Assembly (NCBI GenBank): GCA_944386175.1
Contig: CALXAB010000004.1
Location: 900-64,899, forward strand
DNA from: an uncultured Clostridia bacterium
Lineage (GTDB): Bacteria > Bacillota > Clostridia > TANB77 > CAG-508
Length of the DNA: 64,000 nucleotides
Reading direction: 5' to 3'
Of the stretch, positions 9,485-19,776 are shown piece after piece (within the stretch, counting starts at the first letter, position 1; every line of letters begins with the position of its first letter). The notes beneath the pieces were generated by a model. It searched no databases and had not been told where the DNA came from. It saw only the letters and a list, made by a program, of their open reading frames with translations. The position numbers and the translations under genes are program-made.

Positions 9485-11467
9485 ATGGGACAAAAATTTA
9501 TTAGTAAGGAAATAGAAGGAATAAAAGAAAGTAATTTAGAAAAATTAAAATTATTATTTCCAAGCGTATTTAAAGATGGACAAGTAGATTTTGAAGAATT
9601 AAAGAATCAGTTAGGAATTTTTGAAGAAGTAGAACAAGAAAAATATGAATTCAACTGGGTAGGAAAACAAGAGGCTAAACAAAATGCTATTAGCACAATT
9701 AGTGGAGTAACTATAAAATATTATCCAGAAGAAAGTAAAAATAATGATACTACAGAAAACTTATATATAGAAGGAGATAATTTAAAAGTTTTAAAATTAT
9801 TAAGAAATAATTATGCTAATAAAATAAAAATGATTTATATAGATCCTCCATACAATACAGGAAATGATACATTTGTATATCCAGATAGTTTTAAAAAATC
9901 AGACAAAGAAATTAAAGAGGATATTGGAATTACAAATGATGGTGAAAAAGTAATAAATGTACTAAAAGATAATATGTACAAAAATACAAAAGATTCAAAT
10001 AAATACCATTCAACTTGGCTTTCAATGATGTATTCTAGATTAAAAATTGCACAAGAACTACTAGCAGAAGATGGTGTTATTTTTATATCAATTGATGATA
10101 ATGAGCAAGAAAATTTGAAAAAAATATGTAATGAAATATTTGGAGAAGAGAACTTTATTGGTTGCGCTGGAAGAATAACTAAAAAAAGTAATAACAAAGG
10201 AGATTTTTGGGCTCCAAATTTCGATTATATACTTACTTATACAAAGGTTAGAGAATGTGCTAATCCATTTTTAGGAGGAACAAACGAAAAAGCATATAAT
10301 TTAATAGAAACAGAAGGCAAACGTAAAGGTGAACGTTATCAACTAGTTAGATTATATATGTCAACATTACAAAATAGAAATCCAGAACAAAGATTCTGGA
10401 TAGATTGTCCAGATGGTAGCAAAATAATACCTCCAGGAACAACATTCCCACCAGAAAGACCGAATTTAGGAGATGGAATATGGAGATGGACAAGAAAGAA
10501 ATTTGAAGAAGAAAAAGATAAAATAGTAATAAAAGAAGTGCAATCATCTAATTTGATAAATGAAAATTTTGAGCCTGCTAAATGGAATGTATATACAAAA
10601 ACATACTTAAATGATGTAATCAATAATTCTACAGCTAAACCAAATAGTTTCATAGAAGATCATATAAACCAAATTGGATCTCATGAATTAAGAAATTTAG
10701 ATATACCTTTTGACTACTCAAAACCAACAACTCTAATAAAATATCTTATGAAAATTGCTAAAATAGATAAAGATGCAATTGTTATGGACTTTTTCTCGGG
10801 TTCTGCAACAACAGCAGATGCAGTTTTTCAGTTAAATGCTGAAGATAATGGGAATAGAAAATTCATAATGGTGCAAATACCAGAATTATGTGACGAAAAT
10901 TCAGAAGCATATAAAGCAGGTTACAAAAATATCTGTGAAATTGGAAAAGAAAGAATTCGCAGAGCAGGAGATAAAGTAAAAAAGGAAACAAATGCAGAAA
11001 TAGACTATGGATTTAAAGTTTTTAAACTAGATGAAACAAATATAAATTGGGAAAAAGAAGAATATAAGAAAAATATAGATGACTATATATTAAGGAATGG
11101 ATTTATTGACGAAAAACAAAGAGAAAGCCTAATGAAAGATTTTGTAGATGGAGCTAAAGATATAGATATAGTTTATGAAATATTATTAAGATATTATGGT
11201 ATGCCACTATCAGCCAAAATTGAAAAATTAACTGACATAGGAGAAAGGGTATATAGTGTAGGAGGAGTAATCATAATATGTTTAGAAGATATAGTAACAA
11301 ATGAAATTATAGATAAATTATCAAATACAAATTTTGCAAAATTATATTTTCGTGATAGTAGTTTTAAGGGAGAAAATAGTTTAGAATTAAAGCAAAATTT
11401 AATGACAAGACTGAATTTAAAAAAAGAATATAAAGATGAAAAAACATATAAAGTAGAATTTATTTAA
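9485..11467 (+). CDS. mod: Type III-like DNA methyltransferase (Mod, N6-adenine/N4-cytosine, beta-class motif order)
   Basis: IYIDPPYNTG (motif IV) precedes VMDFFSGSATTADA (motif I); AGGAGG RBS. Confidence 0.85.
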   Translation: MGQKFISKEIEGIKESNLEKLKLLFPSVFKDGQVDFEELKNQLGIFEEVEQEKYEFNWVGKQEAKQNAISTISGVTIKYYPEESKNNDTTENLYIEGDNLKVLKLLRNNYANKIKMIYIDPPYNTGNDTFVYPDSFKKSDKEIKEDIGITNDGEKVINVLKDNMYKNTKDSNKYHSTWLSMMYSRLKIAQELLAEDGVIFISIDDNEQENLKKICNEIFGEENFIGCAGRITKKSNNKGDFWAPNFDYILTYTKVRECANPFLGGTNEKAYNLIETEGKRKGERYQLVRLYMSTLQNRNPEQRFWIDCPDGSKIIPPGTTFPPERPNLGDGIWRWTRKKFEEEKDKIVIKEVQSSNLINENFEPAKWNVYTKTYLNDVINNSTAKPNSFIEDHINQIGSHELRNLDIPFDYSKPTTLIKYLMKIAKIDKDAIVMDFFSGSATTADAVFQLNAEDNGNRKFIMVQIPELCDENSEAYKAGYKNICEIGKERIRRAGDKVKKETNAEIDYGFKVFKLDETNINWEKEEYKKNIDDYILRNGFIDEKQRESLMKDFVDGAKDIDIVYEILLRYYGMPLSAKIEKLTDIGERVYSVGGVIIICLEDIVTNEIIDKLSNTNFAKLYFRDSSFKGENSLELKQNLMTRLNLKKEYKDEKTYKVEFI

Positions 11468-11485
11468 AGAATAGGAGTAAAAACT

Positions 11486-14400
11486 GTGAAAACGTGGAAA
11501 TTTGATCCAAATTTAAAGTATCAAAAAGATGCTATAAACGCTGTATTAGATTTATTTGAAGGACAAAATAAAATTAGTGACACTAATACAATTAGATATT
11601 ATAGAAATGAATTAAACATTCCAAGAAGTAAGATAGCAGAAAACTTAATGAAAATTCAAAAAAATCCAGTTAATAATGTAGGATACTGGGATGATGAGCT
11701 ATTACCAGATAATAAATTTACTATAGAAATGGAAACAGGAACAGGAAAGACATATGTATATCTTAGAACTATTTTAGAATTATATACTAAATATGGATTT
11801 TCAAAATTTATTTTAGTAGTACCATCTATACCAATTAGAATGGGAGTAGAAAAAACAATTATGCAATTAAGAGAACATTTTATGAGTTTATATAATGGCT
11901 TAGATATTGCTAATTGTTACTTTGTATATGATTCTAAAAAAACAATAAATAAATTAAATTTATTCACACAGCTAGGTGGATTAAAAATAGCTATAATGAA
12001 TTATCAAGCATTTGACAAATCTACAAATAAAATAAAAAATAGAAAAGAAGATGGCAAAATATATTGGGAAGAAATAAGAAAAACAAATCCAATAGTAATA
12101 ATAGATGAACCACAAAAAATAATAGGAGCAGGTAATAAAAAAAGTAAAGCATTAAAATCTATAGAAGAATTAAAACCAATGGCAACATTTATGTATTCTG
12201 CTACACATACAAATTATTATAATTTAATATATAAATTAGATTCTTTTGATGCATTTAAAAAACATTTAGTAAAGCAGATAAGAGTATCAACAATATATAG
12301 TGAAGTTGATAGAAACTATCCTTATTTTAAATATATAAAATTTAACAAGGATTTATCTGCAACTATAGAAATATTAAAAAACGAAAATGGTGGAATAAAA
12401 ATCAGACAATTAAGAATAGATAGACCATGTGATTTATATGAAAAAACAGGGCTAGAACAATATAAAGAATTTAAAATTCTTAATGCACCACATAAGTTTA
12501 AAGGAATAAATACAAACTTTTATAAAGAAGTAGTAAATGAGCAATATTCATTCAAAGAAGGTGAAAGTAATTATAATCTTTATGAAGATGAAATGGCAAG
12601 AATTCAAATGAAAATTACAATAAAAAAACATCTAGATAAACAAATAGAATTGTTAAAAGAAAATGTGAAAGTATTAAGCTTATTTTTTATTGACGAAGTA
12701 AACAAATATAGAGATTATAATAATGAAAATACAAAAGGAATTTATGCTAAAATGTTTGAAGAAACATATAACGAAATAATTAATACTGACATTAGATATA
12801 TAGAATTAGTAAATAAAATGCCAAGCTTAGCAAATCCAGCAAAAGTTCATGAAGGATATTTTGCAATAGATAAAAATAAAAAAATATTAATGGATGAAAA
12901 GGCATATATATCTAAAAGTGAAAAAACTATGGGAGATATCCAAAGAGGAATAAAGAAAATTCTTGATGGAAAAGAAAAATTAATTCAGCTAGATGAACCA
13001 ATATCATTTATATTTGCACATTCAGCATTATCAGAAGGGTGGGATAATCCTAATGTATTTCAATTATGTTTTTTAAGACAAACAAAATCAGAAATTAGAA
13101 AAAAACAAGAAATTGGAAGAGGTTTAAGACTTGCTCGTGGTAGTGGAGAAAATAGTGATATAAAAAGAGATGAAAATATAAATCAACTAACAGTAATAGC
13201 AAATGAAAATTATGAAGAATTTGCAAAATCATTGCAAAAAGAATTTAATGAAGAAAACAAATATAACAAAGAATCAATTACAATCGAAGATACAAAACAA
13301 ATTCAATTACTTATAGAAAATAAAATAGGAAGAAATTTAAATAATGATTTCTTTATAAAATTACATAGAGAATTGATTAATGGGGGATTTATAAAAGTCA
13401 AAAACAACATTATTGACAAAACGAAAATAAAAAAAGTAGAAGACTATTATTTTGAAGATAGAGAATTGAATGACAACAGAGATAGAATTTTAGAAGCACT
13501 TAAAAAAGTAATGACAGAGAAAGAAAGTAATATAATAGAAAAATATCTAATTAATGATGATGAAATGATTCAAAATAATTGGCAAACATATATATCAGAT
13601 AATGATTTTCAAGAAATGATATTAGAGTTAGAAGAAAAATTAAATAAAAAAACAGTATATCAAATAAAATATGATGAACAAGATTTAATTAATAATATAA
13701 TATGTTCCGCATCACAAAATATAAGGAATTTTGATCAAGAAGTAATTGAAAAAAATGGGATTTTGCAGGGAGAAAATAGACAAAAGGGTGTAACTATACA
13801 AGAAGATCCTTCTAAAAATCAAATACATAAAATAGAAGAAAAATTACCAATAACAAAATCTTTTGTAGATATTATTAATTATATTGTAAATAAAACTAAT
13901 TTTACAAGACAAAGCATTATTAAAATAATAACACAATTAAGAAATCCTAGTTTATTGCAAAGACAGGATAATGTAGATATTTTAATTAAAGTAATAAAAG
14001 AGCAAAAAATAAAAGAATGTTATAAGAATATAAAGAATATAACATATACTGTAATTAATGAAAGCAATAACTTAAATGCAAGTAATATGTTTTTAATTAA
14101 TGAAGTATCATCGAAAAAAATAGGAGAAACAATATTTGAGACTAAAGTAAGTAAAAGAAAAGCTTTATGCAAATACTATGTAACAGACAGTGAAGGGGAA
14201 TATACCTTTGCACAGGAATTAGAAAAAGATGAGGATGTGTTGATGTATTCTAAATTAAAAAAAGGAAGTATTGTTATTGAAAATCCTATAGAAAATTATT
14301 CTCCAGATTGGGTAGTAGTTTGTAAAGGAAAAGAAGAAAAAAGAAGAAAATATTTAATTATAGAAACAAAATGGGATAAAAAATGGGAAGATTTATCAGA

Positions 14401-14563
14401 AAAAGAACAAACTAAAATAATATGTGCTAAAAAACATTTTGAAGCAATTAATAATGATATAGAATATAGCGTAATAAATTCAATAGATGGAGAAAATCTT
14501 CAAAATGATGAATATATGAATAATTGGAAAATGTTTAAGGAAAAAATAATAAAAAAATTATAA
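11486..14563 (+). CDS. res: Type III restriction enzyme Res subunit (helicase plus C-terminal PD-(D/E)xK nuclease)
   Basis: GTG start after GGAG; METGTGKTYVY (Walker A), VIIDEPQK (DExx), SALSEGWDNPNVF, QEIGRGLRL; C-terminal SPDW...LIIETKWD nuclease motif. Confidence 0.85.
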   Translation: MKTWKFDPNLKYQKDAINAVLDLFEGQNKISDTNTIRYYRNELNIPRSKIAENLMKIQKNPVNNVGYWDDELLPDNKFTIEMETGTGKTYVYLRTILELYTKYGFSKFILVVPSIPIRMGVEKTIMQLREHFMSLYNGLDIANCYFVYDSKKTINKLNLFTQLGGLKIAIMNYQAFDKSTNKIKNRKEDGKIYWEEIRKTNPIVIIDEPQKIIGAGNKKSKALKSIEELKPMATFMYSATHTNYYNLIYKLDSFDAFKKHLVKQIRVSTIYSEVDRNYPYFKYIKFNKDLSATIEILKNENGGIKIRQLRIDRPCDLYEKTGLEQYKEFKILNAPHKFKGINTNFYKEVVNEQYSFKEGESNYNLYEDEMARIQMKITIKKHLDKQIELLKENVKVLSLFFIDEVNKYRDYNNENTKGIYAKMFEETYNEIINTDIRYIELVNKMPSLANPAKVHEGYFAIDKNKKILMDEKAYISKSEKTMGDIQRGIKKILDGKEKLIQLDEPISFIFAHSALSEGWDNPNVFQLCFLRQTKSEIRKKQEIGRGLRLARGSGENSDIKRDENINQLTVIANENYEEFAKSLQKEFNEENKYNKESITIEDTKQIQLLIENKIGRNLNNDFFIKLHRELINGGFIKVKNNIIDKTKIKKVEDYYFEDRELNDNRDRILEALKKVMTEKESNIIEKYLINDDEMIQNNWQTYISDNDFQEMILELEEKLNKKTVYQIKYDEQDLINNIICSASQNIRNFDQEVIEKNGILQGENRQKGVTIQEDPSKNQIHKIEEKLPITKSFVDIINYIVNKTNFTRQSIIKIITQLRNPSLLQRQDNVDILIKVIKEQKIKECYKNIKNITYTVINESNNLNASNMFLINEVSSKKIGETIFETKVSKRKALCKYYVTDSEGEYTFAQELEKDEDVLMYSKLKKGSIVIENPIENYSPDWVVVCKGKEEKRRKYLIIETKWDKKWEDLSEKEQTKIICAKKHFEAINNDIEYSVINSIDGENLQNDEYMNNWKMFKEKIIKKL

Positions 14564-14577
14564 AATATAGTAAGATG

Positions 14578-14937
14578 TTAAAAAACCTGTTTTACATGAT
14601 TAAGATAAGTATGCCCACTTTTAATAAAAATCTCAATAACATCAATACGAACAAAAAGATTATTAATATGATTTTTATACAAATAATAGCTACAAGCTTT
14701 AAATAGATGATGTTTTTTATAAGAATTCACACCATCAATAGGATATCCATATTTAAAGCTTGTACGCGTTTTAACCTCAATAAAAACAAGTTCGTTTCTA
14801 GAAGTATCTCTAGCCACAATATCAATTTCACCCTGATAACAAGAAAAATTTCTTTCAAGAATAATATAATTATTTTTTTCTAAATACTCACAAGCATAAT
14901 CCTCACCATATTTACCAGTCAATTGTTTAAAATACAT
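14578..14937 (-). CDS. yraN: YraN family (UPF0102) endonuclease-like protein
   Basis: GEDYACEYLEKNNYIILERNF..GEIDIVARD..LVFIEVKTR; overlaps the dprA 3' end by 19 nt. Confidence 0.85.
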   Translation of the reverse strand: MYFKQLTGKYGEDYACEYLEKNNYIILERNFSCYQGEIDIVARDTSRNELVFIEVKTRTSFKYGYPIDGVNSYKKHHLFKACSYYLYKNHINNLFVRIDVIEIFIKSGHTYLNHVKQVF

Positions 14938-15917
14938 ATATAACCACCTGCAACTTTCTTTATATAGCCTTCCAATTCAAGAGAAAACAAAATACTAGAA
15001 ACATCAGCAATAGATTTAGAAGTTTTTTTACAAATCTCATTTATAGAAATAGGTGTAGTAGATATCAAATCATAAACAGATTGAAAATTAGAATTATCAC
15101 AAAGTTTCTTTTTTAAAATGTGTTGATCTTCAAAAAAAATATTATCATTTTTATATGAGGCATTTGATAATTCAGAAAAACCAATATAATTAGAGGAATC
15201 GGTAAAATCAGGAATAAAATAAAAATTACTTAAATCTTTAGAAAAGTTAACATCTAAATTATTAAACAAACTGTTAAGATTTTTTGATTCAATACAAAAA
15301 GTGTTTAACTTGACTTTATCAATATTTGCAGATTTATTAATTAAACATTTAAGATTTTCAAATTCTAATAAAATATCATCAGTATCAGTAACAGCAATAG
15401 CTCCATTCTTAATTAATTTATTAGTTCCAACACCATTAGAATTCCAAATTTCATGAGGTATAGAAAAAACCTTTCGACCTTGTAAATTAGCTAAACTTGC
15501 AGTAACACTAGTTCCACTTCTATATTGAGCTTCTACAACCAATATTCCTAATGAAAGACCACTAACAATACGATTTCTTTCTAAGAAATATTTAGGTTGA
15601 TGTTTAGTATCTGGAGGATATTCACTTACAATAAGACCATCATTATCTAAAATTTTTTTATATAAATTCATATTTTCTTTTGGAAAAATATGATTAAAAC
15701 CACATCCAAGAACAGCAATAGTTTTTCCTTTTTGATTAAATGAACCCAAGTGTGCAAAAGTATCAATTCCTACAGCTAAACCACTTGCAATAGTAATTCC
15801 ATATTGCGAAAGTTCATAAGAAAATTTATAAGATAAAGCCTTTCCATTTTCAGTACACTTGCGTGAACCTATAATTGATATTATATTGTTATTTAATAAA
15901 CTTATATTACCTTCCAA
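14919..15917 (-). CDS. dprA: DNA-processing protein DprA (Smf). The conserved sequence continues upstream of the first canonical start.
   Basis: IIGSRKCTENG..GLAVGIDTFAH..Rossmann core and a C-terminal winged-helix tail. The frame is open up to the comM stop and encodes YPPQLRNIPKPPNILYLEGN, but it has no ATG/GTG/TTG before the TTG at 15917. Confidence 0.8.
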   Translation of the reverse strand: MEGNISLLNNNIISIIGSRKCTENGKALSYKFSYELSQYGITIASGLAVGIDTFAHLGSFNQKGKTIAVLGCGFNHIFPKENMNLYKKILDNDGLIVSEYPPDTKHQPKYFLERNRIVSGLSLGILVVEAQYRSGTSVTASLANLQGRKVFSIPHEIWNSNGVGTNKLIKNGAIAVTDTDDILLEFENLKCLINKSANIDKVKLNTFCIESKNLNSLFNNLDVNFSKDLSNFYFIPDFTDSSNYIGFSELSNASYKNDNIFFEDQHILKKKLCDNSNFQSVYDLISTTPISINEICKKTSKSIADVSSILFSLELEGYIKKVAGGYICILNN

Positions 15918-16037
15918 ATATAAAATGTTAGGAGGTTTAGGTATATTTCTTAATTGAGGAGGGTAGAGTTTATCATTTATATTTATTTTTTCTATAAAAT
16001 CAGTCCTTTCTTTATAAATAATAAAAATGAATACAAA

Positions 16038-17571
16038 TTACTTTGACCAATATTTTCTATCCAAGTTTCTATATTGAATTGCTTCTGCTAAATGGGGAGT
16101 TTCTATATTAGTAGAATTATCAAGATCTGCAATAGTTCTAGCTACTTTTAAAATTCTACTATAAGCTCTAGCACTTAACCCAAGGGTATTGAAAGCAGTT
16201 TCTAAAATTTTCTTACTACTATTAGAAAGTTTACAATATTTAGAAATTAAACTTGGAGTTAACTCAGAATTAGAAAAGATATTATAACTATTATATCTAT
16301 CTAATTGAATATTTCTAGCCATATTCACTCTTTTTCTTATATCAATCGAGGCTTCAGAATTAGTATCATTTTCTAATTTTTGATACTTAACACTCTCTAC
16401 TTCAATATGAATATCTATTCTATCTAAAAGAGGGCCACTTATTCTATGTATATATTTCTGGATTTGTTCTTGGCTACATGTACACTGTTTATCATTAGAT
16501 CCATAATAACCACAAGGACAGGGGTTCATACTAGCAATAAATATGAAATTAGAAGGATAAGTAATAGACGAGTTAATTCTACTAATAGTTACAAATTTAT
16601 CTTCTAAAGGGCCTCGTAAAACTTCTAAAGTAGACTTTTTAAATTCAGGTAATTCATCTAAAAATAGAACGCCGTAATGAGCCAAACTAATTTCACCGAG
16701 GTTTAGGAATTCTACCTCCGCCAACTAATGATGTTTCAGTAATAGTATGGTGAGGGCTTCTAAAAGGTCTTTTAAATATGAATGGAATATCTTCAGAAAG
16801 AAGACCAGAAACACTATGAATTTTAGTTATTTCTAAGGCTTCTTCGAAAGTTAAATCAGGTAAAATACTAGGAAGGCGTCTAGCTAACATAGTTTTACCA
16901 GATCCAGGACTACCAATTAAAAGACAGTTATGACCGCCAGCAGCTGAGATTTCTAATGCTCTTTTAACATTTTCTTGACCTTTTACTTCAGAAAAATCAA
17001 AATTATAGGAAGAATTAACATTTGAAAAAAAGTCAATATTTTTTTCTTTAGGAATAGAAATATGACCATTTAGATAATTGATTACTTCATTTAAACTAGA
17101 AACAGGAATAATTTCAATATCAGTAATTATTGAAACCTCTTTAGCATTACCCTTAGGTAAAACAATTCTTTTAATCCCCAAATTCTTGGCCTCTATACAA
17201 ATAGGTAAAGCACCTTTTATAGTCTCGATAGAGCCATCCAAAGAAAGCTCACCCATAAAAATAGTATTATCTAAAGAAACATTAGAAACAATATTACTAG
17301 CAATTAAAATTCCAACAGCAATTGGCAAATCAAAAATAGAACCTTCTTTTCGTGTATTGGCAGGAGCTAAATTAACAACGATTTTCCTGCTTAAAAATTC
17401 AAAAGTAGAATTCCTAATAGCAGTTTTAACCCTTTCTTTTGATTCTTTAATGCTAGTATCAGGCAAACCAACAATTTCAAAAGATGGCATACCAGAAGAA
17501 ACATCAACTTGAATATTCACTAAATAACCTTGCAATCCATGCAAAGCAATACTTTTAACAATAGATAACAT
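16038..17571 (-). pseudogene. comM: comM/yifB Mg-chelatase-like competence ATPase, broken by a 1-nt insertion at about 16696
   Basis: The N-terminal ORF ends ..LVGGGRIPKPR*. The next frame continues GEISLAHYGVLFLDELPEF. On the minus strand the sequence reads CCT AAA CCT C GGT GAA. Walker A is GSPGSGKT. Confidence 0.85.
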
Positions 17572-17833
17572 ATAATCCTTTCTACTTATATAATAAAAAA
17601 TTGGTAAAAATAGAATAAAAACTATTAAATATAAATTATATAAGATTAAAAATAGTTGAATAAAAAATTTATTAGTGTGAGTATATATAATCAGAAAGCG
17701 TTTGTCAATACTTTTAAAAAAAATTTTTAATTTAAATAAAAATATTATTCACAGTGATATAACAAACGCAAATAAAAAACTAACTTAAAAAAATTAGAAT
17801 CCAATAACATTAATTAATTTAAACACATATAAA

Positions 17834-18019
17834 CTAAAATTTCTCTAAAAATTTTTGAAAAAACTTATTTTTAATTTTATCTTTAAACTTTAATTTTAAA
17901 AATAAAATAATTCCACATATAATAAATAAGACAGAAACAGATATCAATAATATAATTAATTGATTAACTTGTTCTTCTTTGGGTAATGAGATTAAATAAA
18001 TCCAATAATTTGCAAACAT
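17834..18019 (-). CDS. small (61 aa) single-pass membrane protein, hypothetical
   Basis: ORF track; hydrophobic core LIILLISVSVLFIICGIILFL and a basic tail. Confidence 0.35.
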   Translation of the reverse strand: MFANYWIYLISLPKEEQVNQLIILLISVSVLFIICGIILFLKLKFKDKIKNKFFQKFLEKF

Positions 18020-18177
18020 ATATTATTCCACCTTTTAATACTAATAATATCATATATGGAATATTTTACCAGAATAAAAAATACAAGTCAATACAATATG
18101 TTTAAAATAATGTAAAAAATACAAAATCTGTTACGATTAACAAGTAGGGATATACTTACTTATTAATCGTAACAATA

Positions 18178-18534
18178 TTATCTATTTCTTAATGATAGAG
18201 TTAAAGTTTTAATGATATCAATATAGGAAATAAGTTCTTTACTAGTAAATTTTTTTAGATATTTTTTAGTTTCAGAAATAACACTATCATCAAGACCAAA
18301 TAAAATATAATCAGAGGAATGACCACTTAAATCCATAAGTTTTTTAATACTTTTATATACTAAATTACCATTACCAGCCTCAACCAAACCCAAAAATTGT
18401 CCAGATACTCCAATCTCTTTAGCTAATTGAGTTTTATTCATTTTTAATTCATTTTCTCGAATATATTTAATTCTCTTACCTCTTTCAATTCGTTCAATAT
18501 TTTCTAAATCTAATTTATCATTATTAGCAATCAT
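18178..18534 (-). CDS. XRE-family HTH transcriptional regulator
   Basis: MNKTQLAKEIGVSGQFLGLVEAGNGN helix-turn-helix; GGAGGGG RBS. Confidence 0.75.
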   Translation of the reverse strand: MIANNDKLDLENIERIERGKRIKYIRENELKMNKTQLAKEIGVSGQFLGLVEAGNGNLVYKSIKKLMDLSGHSSDYILFGLDDSVISETKKYLKKFTSKELISYIDIIKTLTLSLRNR

Positions 18535-18662
18535 ACTTACCCCTCCATCTCAATACTAAATATATTTTACAATATAAAAAATACAAAAAAATAGTAAAAA
18601 AATTATAAAAATATAGAGAAAAATAGGGAAATATGGTATATTATGAAAAAGGAGGAATAAAA

Positions 18663-19445
18663 ATGAAACCAATGAAAATATTGATAATAGAAGATGATAT
18701 AAATGAATGTAATAATTTTATTAAAGCAATCAAAAATAGAGAAGATATAGAATTAGTCAAAATAACAGATTCTGATATTAAAGGATTAAATTATGTTAAA
18801 ACACTCCATCCAGAAGGAATAGTATTAGATATAGAATTAAATAACAGTACAACTGGAAATACAAATTCATTAGGATTTATGGATAGTTTAAAAAAGTTAA
18901 ATCTTAATTATCATCCAGTAGTTATTGTAACAACTCATATATACTCAAAAAGAACATATGATAAACTACATGCTAGTGGTGTTGATTTAATATTATATAA
19001 AAAACATCCTAAATATTCATGTGAACAAGTATTAAATAATTTTATAAGTTTAAGAGAAATGACACCTAAGAAAACAGTTGAAACGTTAGAAGAAGAATTA
19101 AAAGATGAGGAAAGCAAAATTTCTGATTATATAAATAATGAATTAGAGTTAATTGGAATCAGTTCTAAATTAAAAGGTAGGAGATATGCCCATGATGCAA
19201 TATTATATTTAATACAAAATGATGGAAAAGATGTAAATCCAACGAAATATTTAACTAAAATATATAATAAACCAGAAACAACAATTACAAATGGAATACA
19301 AAATGCTATAATTCATGCTTGGAAATATACTGCTTTAGAAGATTTATTAGAACATTATAAAGGAGTGATAAATGCTGGTAGAGGTATGCCAACAGTTATG
19401 GAATTGATATATTATTATGCAAGGAAAATAAAAAGTATGTTGTAA
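18663..19445 (+). CDS. response regulator with a receiver domain and a Spo0A-C-like DNA-binding domain (Spo0A paralogue, not bona fide spo0A)
   Basis: AAGGAGG RBS before MKPMKILIIEDD. Receiver residues are present: DD, VLDIEL, VTTH, LYKKH. The C-terminus LIGISSKLKGRRYAHDAILYLIQND..TTITNGIQNAIIHAW..GRGMPTVMELIYYYARKI parallels Spo0A IGVPAHIKGYxYLREAI..TASRVERAIRHAIEVAW..KPTNSEFIAMxADKL. Confidence 0.65.
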   Translation: MKPMKILIIEDDINECNNFIKAIKNREDIELVKITDSDIKGLNYVKTLHPEGIVLDIELNNSTTGNTNSLGFMDSLKKLNLNYHPVVIVTTHIYSKRTYDKLHASGVDLILYKKHPKYSCEQVLNNFISLREMTPKKTVETLEEELKDEESKISDYINNELELIGISSKLKGRRYAHDAILYLIQNDGKDVNPTKYLTKIYNKPETTITNGIQNAIIHAWKYTALEDLLEHYKGVINAGRGMPTVMELIYYYARKIKSML

Positions 19446-19480
19446 CTTTGGAGTTCTAAAATATAAATGAATAAAAAGTA

Positions 19481-19530
19481 AAATAGTAGGAATTTTCTAA
19501 TTAAGAAAATTTGACCTACTATTTTTTTTA
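19481..19530 (+). terminator. rho-independent terminator after the response regulator gene
   Basis: AAATAGTAGGAATTTTCT..AGAAAATTTGACCTACTATTT hairpin followed by a T-run. Confidence 0.7.
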
Positions 19531-19634
19531 ATTTTTTGCCATTTTTTTCTATCAATAAATACCGTTTATTCATAACGAATAGATGGTATTTTTTGCTTGT
19601 ACTAAAGGTAAAAAAAGAAAAGGTGGTGATAGTA

Positions 19635-19679
19635 ATGTTTGATTTACTACTAGCTTGGATAAGAAAATGGGCTGGATAA
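19635..19679 (+). CDS. 14-codon ORF MFDLLLAWIRKWAG; candidate signalling or leader peptide
   Basis: AAAGGTGGTGA Shine-Dalgarno 5-7 nt upstream of the ATG; sits alone between a terminator and a second hairpin, directly upstream of the 7-TM kinase. Confidence 0.35.
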   Translation: MFDLLLAWIRKWAG

Positions 19680-19704
19680 AAAACTGCAAAATATATAGTA
19701 TAGT

Positions 19705-19762
19705 AAAGAAGATAGTCAATTCTATAAGTGTATAGAAATAATTTATATTGATTATCTTTTTT
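19705..19762 (+). terminator. compound hairpin (16-bp outer stem with 2 G-U pairs, plus an inner hairpin) ending in a T-run; terminator or attenuator after the mini-ORF
   Basis: AAAGAAGATAGTCAAT ... ATTGATTATCTTTTTT; inner TTCTATA-AGTG-TATAGAA. Confidence 0.4.
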
Positions 19763-19776
19763 CTATAATATATAAT
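19748..19776 (+). promoter_or_regulatory. sigma-A-type promoter for the kinase gene
   Basis: TTGATT, 17-nt spacer, TATAAT; the -35 box lies in the 3' arm of the preceding hairpin. Confidence 0.4.

Noticed and set aside
5493-14563. Classifying the four-gene defence block as BREX or DISARM
   Set aside because: I found no PglZ/BrxL-like, DUF1998 (DrmB) or PLD (DrmC) genes. The methylase and nuclease have ordinary Type III Mod/Res motifs. It is therefore described as Type III plus accessory genes.
17078-17512. 144-aa plus-strand ORF inside comM
   Set aside because: It lies antisense to a well-supported ATPase gene. It has no RBS and a low-complexity Ile/Leu/Ser composition, so it is an AT-rich antisense artefact.
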